A stretch of DNA of 64,000 nucleotides from Octopus sinensis (GCF_006345805.1 NC_043002.1:5456001-5520000), one strand, 5' to 3'. Counted from the first letter of the stretch, positions 50,158 to 63,528 are shown. A program made the numbers and translations. The notes: generated by a model not told the origin, from the letters alone.

Positions 50158-51455
50158 TATATATATATACTGGTGAATCTCCACCGTTCGGGAACGAGGA
50201 CTCAGCCGTTCGATCAGCTGGATTATCTGCTCCTGAATCACGTGTAAATGGCTGAGCTTTCAACAAACATGTGTACTCCCAACATAATTTTCACGTAGAT
50301 TCAGCCCAATACTACCTGTGACAAGGCTGTACCGTTTGAATTACAGGTCCAACCTATATAAGACGGGCTACTATACAATTTCCATCAACCTAATTTCACT
50401 CCCAAGGTGCGACCCCAGACTATGGTAGATGGCATTTACCGAAGATATCAAGCAGTCAGATCAAACTTGGGACCTCGTGACTGCGAAACGAAATTCTTAG
50501 CCATTCAACCCTATTTCGCCTACACACAAAAGGAAAGAGAAAAATTGTACTTACATGCATAAATGCATATATAAATTACATACATACACACGCACATACA
50601 TACATGCATATGTACATACATGCATACATTGTGTTGATTTTTATTAATCCCTGGTCAACCCTGAAGGAGCTGATTTATGATCAAAGGCATTCCTTCCGTG
50701 ACAGACGTCCTTTTAAGGCTTACTCAAATGACGTTATCGGATATGTTTATTTTCTGTCTCTACTAACACCATCCTCAAAGCAAAGCTGAGGGGTTTTGAT
50801 AAGGGGCCCCTTTGCCCATCCCGGTAGCTACACGCAGATTATTATTAATTTATTACTATTATATAATATTTATTTTAATTTTGCGTTTTTCGCAACTCTG
50901 ATGGATTTATCTTAATAACTAAGGTCAACCTTGACCAAACATACTTTAGCTGCAACTAGCCCAATCATTTTTTTATATCTTGAACAATATGTTTAAACGT
51001 CCTTCCATTTTTAAAGATTGAATGAGATTAGGGTGCTGTTTTTAGTAGGTAGAACGACTGCTTTGAGGGTCCATCTGTAGTTTGAGTGAATTAAGTTTGT
51101 GATCTTGGATTTTTATTATACGATTCAGACCGAGCTTGATATCCTGGCAACATTCAGGAAGATGATAAGCCTTATGTGCTAATATTTCCGCTGTCATGCC
51201 TTATTCCTTACGAAGTGATTTCAGATACATTTTCATGAGTCTTACTCTTTTTACTCTTTTTACTTGTTTCAGTCATTTGACTGCGGCCATGCTGGAGCAC
51301 CGCCTTTAATCGAGCAACTCGACCCCGAGATATTCTTTTGTAAGCCCAGTACTTATTCCATCGGTCTCTTTTGCCGAACCGCTAAGTAACGGGGACATAA
51401 ACACACCAGCATCCGTTGTCAAGCAATGCTATGGGGACAAACACAGACACATACA

Positions 51456-51492
<37 letters not shown>

Positions 51493-52611
51493 CGGGCTTC
51501 TTTCAGTTTCTGTCTACCAAATCCACTCACAAGGCTTTAATCGGCCCGAGGCTATAGTAGAAGATACTTGCCCAAGGTGCCACGCAGTGGGACTGAACCC
51601 GGAACTATGTGGTTGGTAAACAAGCTACTTACCACACAGCCGCTCCTGCACCTATGTAAGTCTGTATAAGTGCGTTAAGTTTCTTCGTTCTTTCAAGTTT
51701 AAATGTCTTTGATGTTTCTTAAACAAAACGCCAACGCGTACATACCTTTTGGAAATGACAACAATGAAGATTTTGCTTTAATCTAGGGCAGAATATTCTA
51801 ACGGCATCTTTTGTAATCATGCTTCATGTTTTTATTTCAAGTTTGTTTGATGAGTTTTAAAATCTATGAGGATTATACGCGACACCTCTGAAGATCTCAT
51901 CTGATTACTAGATCCTATTTATCTTTAAGCTAAGCTTACGGTGTGCCAATGGAACCCTTGTCCAATTTGGAGTTCTGGATGTCAAAATATAAAGAAATTA
52001 CCATTTTATACAGTTGTCTTTTACTGAAATACCAAGATATCTCCTTAAAATAAAAGATGTGAGGGTGGCAAATAGGAGCCCGTTTTGGCATTAATTAGTG
52101 ACAGAAAGAAAGAAAACAAGGAAAAGAAAATAAACAATACGAAGCGAATGATAAATTAGACAGGTTTTCCTGTGCACGCTTCTAATGATGTACTGAATGT
52201 CACATCTGGTATTGGTTTTGTTGGAAGCGTTTAAATTAGGTCCAGTATGTAAATATTTGCCTGATGCTATAGAGTCATATAACAACAAAGAGATTGCCGT
52301 GGATAGCTGATGTTTGGTAGACACAAATTAACATATGATTAAAAGAAAAGTAAGAAAAAAGAAATTCATAAAGTGTCTATCGTGTAAATAAAGTGGTTTA
52401 ATGACTTCAAGATTGGCCGAGAATATCTTTTTTTTAATCATAACATTGTCTTTATAGTTACCTAGAAAAAATCTTTTACCATCACGGGACCTCTGAAACT
52501 AAAACACAGTTCCGGTTTTTGCAATGTTAAGCGGATGAGAGACAACATTTCCTCTGGACAGGATGCTAGTCTATCGCAGATGATATTCTCATAAATCTTG
52601 GCACCTAGTAT

Positions 52612-52683
<72 letters not shown>

Positions 52684-53206
52684 TGTGTGTTTGCATGCAT
52701 TTCTGTAGCTTAGCGTAGCGGCTCATCAGAAAGAATCCGATGGAATATATACCAGACTTTAAACATCTAAGAATTGGAGTCGATTTTATTGATTAAACTC
52801 TTCGGAGCGAGACCCCAGCATGGCTGCTGTTCAAAGACTGAAACAAGTACAAGGATAAAAAAAATATGCGTGTATGTAAATGTGTTTATGCACGCACACA
52901 CGTATGTGTGTGCGTACTGGTTGAAAACGAAGAGAAATAAAAATGAAAAAGGAAGCCAAAAGTTTGACAGATATACACAAACAATGCCGTGTTGAAATTT
53001 GTCAGCCAAAGAAAAACTGAATGTTTTTCGTCTTAGATACATTCTTGTACATTCCTCTTAGAAGGAATACACGACAAACGATATTATATTGTTAACGCAG
53101 TTAAAAGCCGTTCGCTGGGACAAAAATAAAAAACAAAACAAAGAGACTGCAGATCTAATCTTTCTTCCACCATTCAAATCCGACCAGATCTCACATCACT
53201 ATCATT

Positions 53207-53916
53207 TTAAATATTGTTGCAGATTCTTACCTCGTTTTAGGTATCGAAGTAACGAAATTATTTTTCCCTTAGAGGACGAAGGTTATATTTTTCTTATTCC
53301 AATTTTAGACCAAAAGTACAATTAGGTTATGCTAAATCTATCGTGTCCCTGTATTGTAAAAGCAGTAAGAAAAAAGTGCAGATTATAAGCGATCGGCAGG
53401 ACCTATATTTAATTATACTTTGACTAGAAATGTCTTTGGTAGAATATGTGAAAGTGCTGAAGTTTTGTATTTATGTTGATTATTCTGTTTCCAAACATTT
53501 CAGGCCAAAACCGATATGCAAGATCAAGGTCGGAGTGTTCTCGACGACAAAAAATATCAAGTCCACGCTGGTCCGACAATGATAGAACTGGCTAAAGAAA
53601 GGCTACAGAATGACAAATTATATGGTCCGCGCATTTCTAGAGCTTGAGAACAACACCGGTAGTTAACGAAACTCAGTGCTGAGCCATACCAATTCCCGGT
53701 ACCACTATCCTACATTTTGAGACAAGAACCCACTTTTTCTGTAGGGAAAATAAAAAAAAATCTACTGTAGACTACACCAGTATTTCACTAATATTTTGTT
53801 TATAGAAACCAAATGGATGAATGGCAAAGTTGGCCTCGGCTGAGTTCGAACTTATAAAGAGGCCTAACTAAATACTGTAAAGCACTTTCTAATTCTATCA
53901 ATCGCCCTCACTACTT

Positions 53917-53953
<37 letters not shown>

Positions 53954-54407
53954 TGTGTGTATGTGTGTGTGTGTGTGTGTGGTGTGTGTGTGCGTGTATG
54001 TGTGTGTGTATCTTGGCTCTTGACGCAGAACCGTATCAACGATAGAGTAGGAGACTTTAACCTTATTGTCAGTTGCCTAAATGTGTGATGCACAACTTCC
54101 ACAAAATCCACGAGGAAAACACAAGGACCACTTTTAATCACATTATGCCATTCAACAGGATAAAAAATATTTGCAAGGATTAATTATACATTAATTAATG
54201 TATAATTAATGTATTATACATTAAATATTGTTACATATTCTTACCTCGTTTTAGGTGTCGAAGTAACGAAATTATTTTTCCCTTAGAGGACGAAGGTTAT
54301 ATTTTTCATATCCCAATTTTAGACCAAAAGTTCAATTAGGTTATGCTAAATCTATCGTGTCCCTGTATTGTAAAAGCAGTAAGAAAAAAGTGCAGATTAT
54401 AAGCGAT
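53207..54407. repeat. 187-bp direct duplication (53207-53393 and 54221-54407)
   Basis: Near-identical sequence at offset 1014 with only a handful of substitutions. Confidence 0.9.
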
Positions 54408-55084
54408 AATCAATACGTTTTAATCGATTTAAATTTGAAACTAATTAAAGAAAAAATTTGAGACTTCCTTGGTTTTATGGATCTCACCATGGATCACCAA
54501 ACCTTTGGCAATGTACAAAACTGCGCATCATTGGCTTAAATTCTTAACGACATAACTAGATGCGAACCTATTAAACCATGAACAAAATTCCGAAGTGAAC
54601 ATCTCAAGTGAACATATAGCTACGTCTCGCCTTAGAGCCTCTGGCATTTCCCTCAAGAAATATAGTAACGATAGCCAAATTGCCACCCATTCGACGCCGT
54701 CAAATCTGGTGTATGACTCGAAATTTACGAGTAGCAAAACCAAATGTTTTCCTACATAAAATTTATTTACATTTTATTTCTCTGCATTTGAGTAAGTATT
54801 AAAATGTATGTGTCACACATTTGTTTATTTTCCGTTCTGTTTTTAGCCAATTCTTCAAGTCATCATAACAGAATCTAGCAAGATCTACAACTGCTTCTTC
54901 TTCTTCCCCCACATGATTTTTTCTTCATAGCTTCAGCTCCATCGATTCTAACATTTCTGTCTAAAATACTGGTCCCATCTAAAAAGTTGTATATATCCTC
55001 CTCCTCCTCTTCCTCATCATCACCACCACCACCACCACATCACCGTAGTCCTCTACTCTATCACATTAATCCCATCAGCAGTAG

Positions 55085-55377
55085 TATGTATGTATGTATG
55101 TATGTATGTATGTATGTATGTATGTATGTATGTATGATGTATGTGTGTATGTATGTGTGTATGTATGTATGTGTGTGTATGTATGTATGTATGTATGTAT
55201 GTATGTATGTATGTATGTATGTGTGTATGTATGTGTGTGTATGTATGTATGTATGTATGTATTATGTATGTATGTATGTATGTATGTATGTGTGTATGTA
55301 TGTATGTAAGTATGTATGTATGTATGTGTGTATGTATGTGTTTGTATGTATGTGTGTGTATGTATATATGTATGTAT

Positions 55378-55411
<34 letters not shown>

Positions 55412-55429
55412 TGTATGTATGTATGTATG

Positions 55430-55473
<44 letters not shown>

Positions 55474-55536
55474 AGCGTTAATAAGTGCATGTATCTATAC
55501 AAAGTTATTCTTTTCTTTTTCTTTACTTCTTCTTCT

Positions 55537-55570
<34 letters not shown>

Positions 55571-55932
55571 ACTCGCCAGATGTGATTCATATCACATCAC
55601 CACAACTACCGTCATCACCTCCATCATCATCACCATCATTTCCTCATCACCACCACCACCGCCACCAACACCATCGTGATCATCATTAAACGCCATTGCC
55701 ATTCTCCATGACTAACTCCACAACTGCCACTTACAGCACCACTCACGACGACGACGACGACGACGTCACCACCACTAGCATCTTCATTATCGTCATCGTC
55801 GTCATCATCATCATCGCTATCATCGTCGTCATTAGAGCAGGCCTGAGGCTAAGAACAACACACCGTTACTATCATCATCATCATCATCATCATCTCTCTC
55901 CCTTTCCCTCCCCCTCTCTCCGTCTCTTCTGA

Positions 55933-55970
<38 letters not shown>
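55085..55970. repeat. Compound microsatellite block (TATG)n,(TA)n,(CT)n,(CAT)n,(GAC)n,(TAC)n
   Basis: Direct inspection. Similar blocks at 15385-15483, 15680-15792, 16590-16800, 21060-21180, 35090-35180, 36840-36960, 61710-62250 and 63400-63735. Confidence 0.97.
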
Positions 55971-55971
<1 letters not shown>

Positions 55972-57646
55972 CATTTCCACTGCTTTGCAATCTGTTTTGG
56001 TCAGCTAACTCACAGCTGGCGGATGGATAGTAATCTTAAAAATAGAAACCAAAAAAAAAATTGTCTTCCACTAAACGGTATCTCGCATTACTTTCTAAGT
56101 CTTCGAGGAAGTTAGCGCTATATTCATTATTCCCCAGCTGCTCGTCCTTGTTTATGTTCCGCTTAATCCCAAAAGACAAAGTGTGGAATCCAGACGCAAA
56201 TTGATTTGCCAAAGTCTAGGGTGAGCACTGATGTGGTTAGTCAAGTCGGGCTCTTTGTTAATTAATCCTTTGTAGTATAGAAAGAAGGCCTGAAACTTTG
56301 GGGGAGCGGGATAGTCGATTACATCAACCCCAGTATACAACTGGTACTTATTTAATCGACACCGAAGGGATGAAAGTCTAAGACAATCTTGGCGGAATTT
56401 GAACTCAGAACGTAAACATTGACAAAATGGCAGCTAAGCATTTTGCGCGGCGTGTTAATGATTCTGTCATGCCACCTTGCCACCTTGCCGCTTTAGGGAT
56501 GATGCTGTGATATATTTAAGCATATTTTAGGAATATGCTTGAATATATCACAGAATCATCGTCGAAAACTCTCTGAATGCACGAGGCTGTTTTCATTTAT
56601 ATGTGTATTTATTAGACATATAAATTATGTCTAATAATATTGTCTATTTGTCCCCTGAAGAATATACCCATTGACAATTGACAAGTCCCTTAAACCCTTG
56701 GTTTTGTTGGGGCACTACGGCCATACAGCGTATCTAGGACGAGAAAGCCTGGCGGAGCTCATCCGCCTTCAGGTTAAGTTCATTTCTACAGCTAAGTGGG
56801 CTGAAGCAACGTGAAATGAAGTGTTTTGGTCAAGAATACAACGGATCGCCCGGTCCAGGGATTGAAACCACAATCTTACGACCATGAGTCCAACACCCTA
56901 ACCGCTAAGCCATGCGCCTCCACAAGAATATACCCATACGGACCACGAAATATTACCTGAAGAGACCATTAGAAAAACCTGAAAGTTTCTTCATTGGATT
57001 AAGAAAAGACGTTTACTACCAACAAACAAACAAACACGATGGCTGTCAAGCATTTCCTTGTAATAATGAAACAACATAAGATATATTTGTAGCAGGAATA
57101 TTCGGCAATCGAACCCAGACCATTGCATCCGATGCAAAAAAAAAAATCAAGAAAACTATCTCGATTCGCTACAATATTACAAACTCCATAAAAAAAATCT
57201 TAACCACCTTCGTATAGATCTGGATCTAACAGCAACTTCATTTTTGGCGCGCTTTTGGGGGGCAAGACTACCACTATATATTTAGTGCTGGCGGACGACA
57301 TACAACAGATCGGACACAGAATCAGAAGTTGGCCAGATAAGCTGGCCACATAAGGAGAACCAGAAGCTGACTGACCAGAGCGCTGTGACAACACAAAAAA
57401 CAATAGACGGCAGCTACAGCGACACACAATGATCAACTAGCAGAAACACGCGACGGCAGCCACTTTGATACCGACTCCAAAACAGCTTCGAACTATCTCG
57501 GTGTTTGTCGTTCTTAGTGACTGCAAACGTTTTTTGGTTTACGATAACAATGAATATTTTTTTCGTCAAACAGATTTCAGTGTTCTTCATCGTAACATAC
57601 GACCGAGATTTTGATTCATCCTTTAATTTCATGTTTAACTATTTTT

Positions 57647-57946
57647 GTTTATTCCTTCTCGAGCCATGTCTGGCTCATAAGGGCCGGTTTCCCGGTTTCT
57701 TGTCGTATAGGTTCCCCACCTGGACGGGACGCCGGTCCGTCGCAGGTGAGCTGCAAGATGCTGGAGGAAAGAGTGAGAGAAAATTGTGGCGAAAGAGTCA
57801 GCAGAAGTTTCGTCATTACCTTCTGCCAGAGCCGCGTGGAGCTTAGGTGTTTCGCTCATAAACACACACATCGCCCGGTCTGAGATTCGAACCTGCGAAC
57901 CCTCGACCGCGAGTCCGCTGCTCTAACCACTAGGCCATGTCCCCCA
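57647..57946 (-). mobile_element. SINE with SINE-C head and a different 3' module; 17-bp TSD catgtttaactattttt
   Basis: Head matches 7440-7556. The body contains cctgcgacggaccggcgtcccgtccagg instead of the SINE-C body. TSD at 57630-57646 and 57947-57963. Confidence 0.85.
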
Positions 57947-58179
57947 CATGTTTAACTATTTTTCGTATATAACTGTACATAAAAACAGACATGTGTGTAA
58001 AAACAGAAATGTGTGTGTGTGTAGATAAGATTATAATCCAAGCTGCGTCCTCATGAAGTACATCAGTGTATTCCAGTTCTCCTAAGTATATCCGTAGATG
58101 TTATGATCCACATAAGAGTTGAAAACAGTGGAGAATACTGTTAAATACTGGAAAATATTTATTGCAGAGTAATTACATA

Positions 58180-58389
58180 TTAAAACAGGAAGCAAGAAAA
58201 TTTCGGTATTATTTATTTCAGATTACATGTTTCTTTGCTAATAGAAGTTGCAAAGGTATTCATGTCTATCTGATGAATTACTAATGACAGATTTATGTTT
58301 TTTCTACATGTATATCTATGCAACTTCTATTGGTAAAAGAACATATATAACATGGAATAAGTACCAAAATTTTCCACTTCTGTTTTAAC
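58180..58389. repeat. Foldback element of about 210 bp, about 100 bp into the intron after exon a
   Basis: ttaaaacag.aag..gaaaattt.ggta / taccaaaattttcc.cttctgttttaa and aatagaagttgca / tgcaacttctatt. Confidence 0.7.
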
Positions 58390-58494
58390 ACACAGGCGCA
58401 CGCGTACACACATGCGCGTGCGTGTATTAGAGAGAGAGGGGGAGAGAGAAAGGACAGAGTCGAAAGATTTATTTCAAAAATCGTGTATACTTAC

Positions 58495-58591
58495 TGGGCG
58501 TTATGCCAGCTCATTGGTTCTGAGAAAAACTTATAACATGTGCCGTTGTAATACTCCCAGCCCCGATCGTTGTCGCATTTGAAAGGATAAT
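58495..58591 (-). CDS. Exon a of tandem C-type lectin domain (mannose-receptor-like) gene: (D)YPFKCDNDRGWEYYNGTCYKFFSEPMSWHNA(Q)
   Basis: Minus-strand acceptor ttctttacAG and donor GTAAGT. 97 nt, phase 1 to phase 2. Encodes the CTLD N-terminal signature C-x-GW-x-CYKF-x-W-x-x-A. Confidence 0.92.
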
Positions 58592-59728
58592 CTGTAAAGA
58601 AACCATTAGTTAACAGATGAAGATACCGATATTTCATGTCATAAAAACGATTCCGAATGTAACGATAAAAGCAAAACAGTCTGGTCAGAAAAAAATAATG
58701 AATATATTGATTGTAATTACTGTGTATCATTACCATGAAAAGCTGCGCCTCTCCATCCAGGCTATTAAGAAATTATTTAGATGTCACAATTTTTATGCAG
58801 TTTAGTGGCTTGAATGCTTGAATGACCGCTAAAGTATCTCAATAACTACTGATACGAAACAGTGATATTTTTGGTTATTTTTTTTTTAAAGTAATGATTA
58901 TTAATCAAAATGATTTACTATCATAATTCCATAAATATTTGAGTTGATTTAAAGAAATACTGTTCAATAAATACGATAATCTATTTTTACAGCAGGATAT
59001 GCATTACCTTGCAGGGGTTTTAGTGTCTTTACGAAAGGCACAGGAAAACCGATGATAAAATACGAAACTCGTCAAAATGTGTAGAAGATCATACAAATAT
59101 GACTGATAGAATAAGTACTGGGCTTACAAAAGAATAAGTCCCGGGGTCGAGTTGCTCGATTAAAGGCGGTGCTCCAGCATGGCCGCAGTCAAATTACCGA
59201 AACAAGTAAAAGAGTAAATATGGCTAATTACTCGCTCACAGGTGTCAAAGAATAGATATTATTGTATGAATAGAGGGATCATACCTTCGTCTCGACGAAT
59301 TAGTATTCGATTTGTTCTATCATCAAAGGTACTTATTCTCTGTTATAATATTGTGACCGGGTTTCCAAATGGCAGTTGTTCACTTAACATAGCAGAATCA
59401 GTGCAATAATATATATGACGAAGCCAAACAGCTTTGAATAACAAGTTGAGTTGAACTAATGAGCTTCTGTCTGGTTTCGGAATCTTTTATCTTATATCTT
59501 TTACTTGTTTCACTCACTAGACTACGGTCATGCTGGAGCACCGCTTTGAACAATGTTTAAGTTGAACGAATCAACTCCAGTGCTTTGTTGCTTGGTTGTT
59601 TTTAAGCCTGGTACTTATTCTATTGGTCCCTGTTGCCGAACTGCTAATTTACGGGAACGTAGACACAACACCGGTTGTCAAGCGGTGGTGGGGGACAAAC
59701 ACACACACAAACACACACACACATATAT

Positions 59729-60020
59729 ATGTTATCCGAAGTGTACAGTATTACACAGTATATTTATTACGGCCGATCTTACCAGTGGGTTTTTCACTAG
59801 GAATACAACAGAGTATTTAGGTAACAATCCGATTATGTAACCCGACACTCATCAGAGGTAGCCGATATAGAACCAAATCCGATTCCATATCTGTTACCTC
59901 TGATGAGTGTAGGGTTACATAATCGGATAGTTGCCTGACACTCCGTTCTACCCCTAGTGCGAAACCAATTGGTAAGATTGGCCGTGATGGATATATAATA
60001 CTGTACACTTAAGATAATAT
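59729..60020. repeat. About 290-bp imperfect palindrome (foldback) inserted in the internal microsatellite of a SINE-B
   Basis: atccgattatgtaaccc..cactcatcagaggtag pairs with tacctctgatgagtgt..gggttacataatcggat. Outer arms agtgtacagtatta / taatactgtacact. Confidence 0.8.
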
Positions 60021-60228
60021 ACCCACTCTTTTGACAGATATACAAGTGCATTTTTTCTTGATTTATGGACTTTTAAACGACTTACATATACATACACACG
60101 CGCGATCGCGCACGCACATACACACACACACATATATATGATAATAATAATATTAGGGAGTATAACTCCAAACTTACAGGGAAAAATACAATTTAGTATT
60201 AAATCAAATTTCACAATATAAATATGTA

Positions 60229-60675
60229 ATATATAAATTAGAGAAAAACCACTATTATGCAATTAAAACAATGATAGACATAAAACAAATCTTAAATAAA
60301 ATATATTTTTTTATTTTCCCAGAGCTAGTTTCTCATATACATGTATTAATTGGGTGCCTAATTGAATGATTAACAATCTCGAGATTTTGGGTACAACGGA
60401 GTATCAGGCAAGAATCTGATTATATAACCCTACACTCATCAGAGGTAGCAGATATGGAATCGGATTTGGTTCTACATCGGCTACCTCTGATGAGTGTCGG
60501 TTACATAATCGGATTGTTACCTAATACTCTATTGTATTCCTAGTTTATTCATTTTTGTACTTTTTGTGATCTAGTTATATTGTTTAAAAAAATATTTTTT
60601 ATTTTTTATTTAAGATTTGTTTTATGTCTATCATTGTTTGAATTGCATAATAGTTGATTTTCTCTAATATATATA
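60229..60675. repeat. Second foldback containing an inverted copy (60389-60544) of the previous palindrome core
   Basis: Outer arms ctattatgcaattaaaacaatgatagacataaaacaaatcttaa / ttaagatttgttttatgtctatcattgtttgaattgcataatag. Segment 60315-60390 recurs inverted at about 60950-61030. Confidence 0.75.
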
Positions 60676-60677
60676 TA

Positions 60678-60719
<42 letters not shown>

Positions 60720-61728
60720 ATATATATACTTCTTTCATCCACTCACAAGGCTTTGGGGTTGGTCCGAGGCTATAGAAGAAAACACTTGCCCAAAGTACCA
60801 CATAGTGGGACTGAACCCGGAACTATGTGGTTGGGAAGCAAGACTCTTACCACACAGCCACGTCTGCATGCATAACTTCTTTCACAAGACATTAGTCAAC
60901 TCAAGATTATACTAGAAAACACTTGTCTAAGATACCGCGCAGTGGATTTGAACCCTAAATCTCGAGATTGTTAATCATTCGATTAGGCACCCAATAAATA
61001 CATGTACATGAGAAACCAACCCCGGGAAAATAACTTCTGTTCAATACTTTAATATCTGTCGTAAGTAAAAATTCAGGCAACTCCACAATTTTATTTTTAG
61101 ACATAGATTAGATATAAATGTAGGAACGGAAAGCAGACCAAATAAATGCTTGTACATGCATAGAGATAGATAATGAATGTCCAGAGAGTAGTTATTCGTA
61201 GTTGTAAAATTTCCACTCAAACGAACATTCAGATCCACCTCCGCCAAATAAAAAGCTATATATATATATAACTTACAGAATGACATTAATTGAATAAAAC
61301 AAACAGATATGAAAACAAATTACTATGACAACATTACAAAAAAGAAACAAGTTCAAAACAGTAAATACAACAGTCACAACCGACTAATAGAAACAAACTA
61401 CACATAAAGCTTATTAAATGAACCAAACACACCATGATTATAGAATAGATGACTACGTTATCTAAACACAGCTCAAAGAGAACAGAGCCTGCAACACACC
61501 CAACCATAAACTGACAGTAACAATATATTGCAATAACACGGAACTTTTAAAAAAAAAATTACTTCTCGTAAGCAACAAAAGCACGAGTTACAAGCCACTG
61601 AATAAACTTAAGATGGTCTAATGTAATTTAGAAATTCATATGCAGACGTGAAGGTTGCAGACATCATAACTGTTATGGGCGACATACTAATATCACACAG
61701 CCTGATAAAGTGTTTGTGCGTGTGTGTG

Positions 61729-61763
<35 letters not shown>

Positions 61764-61794
61764 TTATATGTATGTAACTAAGCATGTAAGTATG

Positions 61795-61854
<60 letters not shown>

Positions 61855-62116
61855 TTAATGTGTGAGTGTTTATCTATGTATGTGTGTGTATGTGGATATA
61901 TATATATATATATATGAATATATTGATGTATGAATATATGCGAATGTATTTATGTATTTAGATGTGTATATATATATACTTTTTATATATGTATATATGT
62001 GTCTGTGTTTATCTATGTATGTGTGTGTATGTGGATATATATATATATATGAATATATTAATGTATGTATATATGCAAATGTGTGTGTATATATATATAT
62101 ATATGTATGTATATAT

Positions 62117-62152
<36 letters not shown>

Positions 62153-62153
62153 G

Positions 62154-62245
<92 letters not shown>

Positions 62246-62928
62246 TGTATATATCGTTTGCAACAGATATTAGTGTGCGATACAAAACGCAACTAGATAG
62301 AAATCATTTGTTAATGGCATAAACATGTTGTTTGAGAATTGTGGAAGTCATCAAGTTCTCTTTATACGACACAGTATAACAAAAATCGAGGATGGGCGAG
62401 TAGTGCCAGTTTTATCGATGCCATATTTCAACAACCCCCGAAAAGTTGAAAAACAAATTCATCTAATACGACTCGCTACTATTTTGCCAAACACCGACGA
62501 CGTGGAAGATCTAATGATTTCGGTCAAGGTCACACATTTAGTTGGAAGCGTATAGTTGATTTGACGGACATCGGTGCGTGACTGGTACTTTGTTTCATCA
62601 ACCCCATAAGGATGAAAGTCAAAGTCTCAAGGAGGATTTTTAAGTAAGACTGAAAAGAGGCGTAACCAATGCATTTTATCTTTGACTCAAGAAATTTTTC
62701 TGTTGCTCTACCGATTCTGCGAATTCTCTGCCCTTCTTGGAAGATACATTGGAAACCAAAATATACACAAAGCTTATACACAGAGACACTGAACACCAGG
62801 GGTAAAGCAACATCAGTAATTAAAAAAATAATATAACGAACCAACTGCATTGCCCCTATGAGATCATTCGATCTACTAGAAGTAGCAGTCAAAAATTAGC
62901 TTAAATTACATCCGACCATCTGAAAAGT

Positions 62929-63162
62929 GTTGAGTTGCCTAGATATTCGTGCATGACATTCACCAAATCTTTTGATCCAGTAGCCTTGAACTTCATCTGG
63001 TCCCGGGGCCTTCCAGTTGCTCATCTTTTTGCTGATTTCCTTCACTACCCTAACTTAAATGACTAATTCTGCTTGTTTTGTACAGACTACTGTTTGCTTC
63101 AGTTCTTGCAACCATTCAGCATCCTTCTTGTGCTCCTTGTCTTTGCTCCAGATGTCATTCCC
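62929..63162 (-). mobile_element. R4/Dong-like non-LTR retrotransposon fragment (pre-RT region)
   Basis: Translation NDIWSKDKEHKKDAEWLQEL...*...KKMSNWKAPGPDEVQGYWIKRF...HARI..QLN, with one stop codon. Confidence 0.8.
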
Positions 63163-63493
63163 TCATCGCATGCCTTGATCAAGTTTTATTTTCCTCTGCT
63201 ACACTACTCGCTACATATTCAATAAACAATAAACGTTTAATTAAGTACAGTAAGAATTCGTTTTAATATTCCCGGCTGAAATTGAATTTGTTGGACATCT
63301 TACACGCTGGTGGAACTTGTATGCCACCGAAAACGGTAATGAAAACAAAAAAAAAAAAGAATTTAACTGGCATGCATGCTTCATAAATAAAAATAGTTAT
63401 ATATACACATATACACTTACACATACATGTATACACACTACGTGTGTGTCTTTCATAGTATATGTAGATATACACTTACATACATATACGGCT

Positions 63494-63528
<35 letters not shown>

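Larger units (their letters stand above)
59485..60865 (-). mobile_element. SINE-B split by about 1 kb of foldback insertions in its microsatellite
   Basis: 3' half at 59485-59728, head at 60729-60865. Confidence 0.75.

Noticed and set aside
54987-55932. Long ORFs (164 and 182 aa) rich in MYVC, YI, LS and H
   Set aside because: Translations of (TATG)n, (TA)n and (CAT)n microsatellites. The same applies to ORFs at 16516, 36758, 61648-62322 and 63317-63869.
57060-57135. Minus-strand peptide GCNGLGSIAEYSCYKYI resembling a CTLD start
   Set aside because: No AG acceptor, no GW or downstream W-x-x-A-x-x-x-C, and it overlaps a tRNA-like GGTTCGATT remnant.
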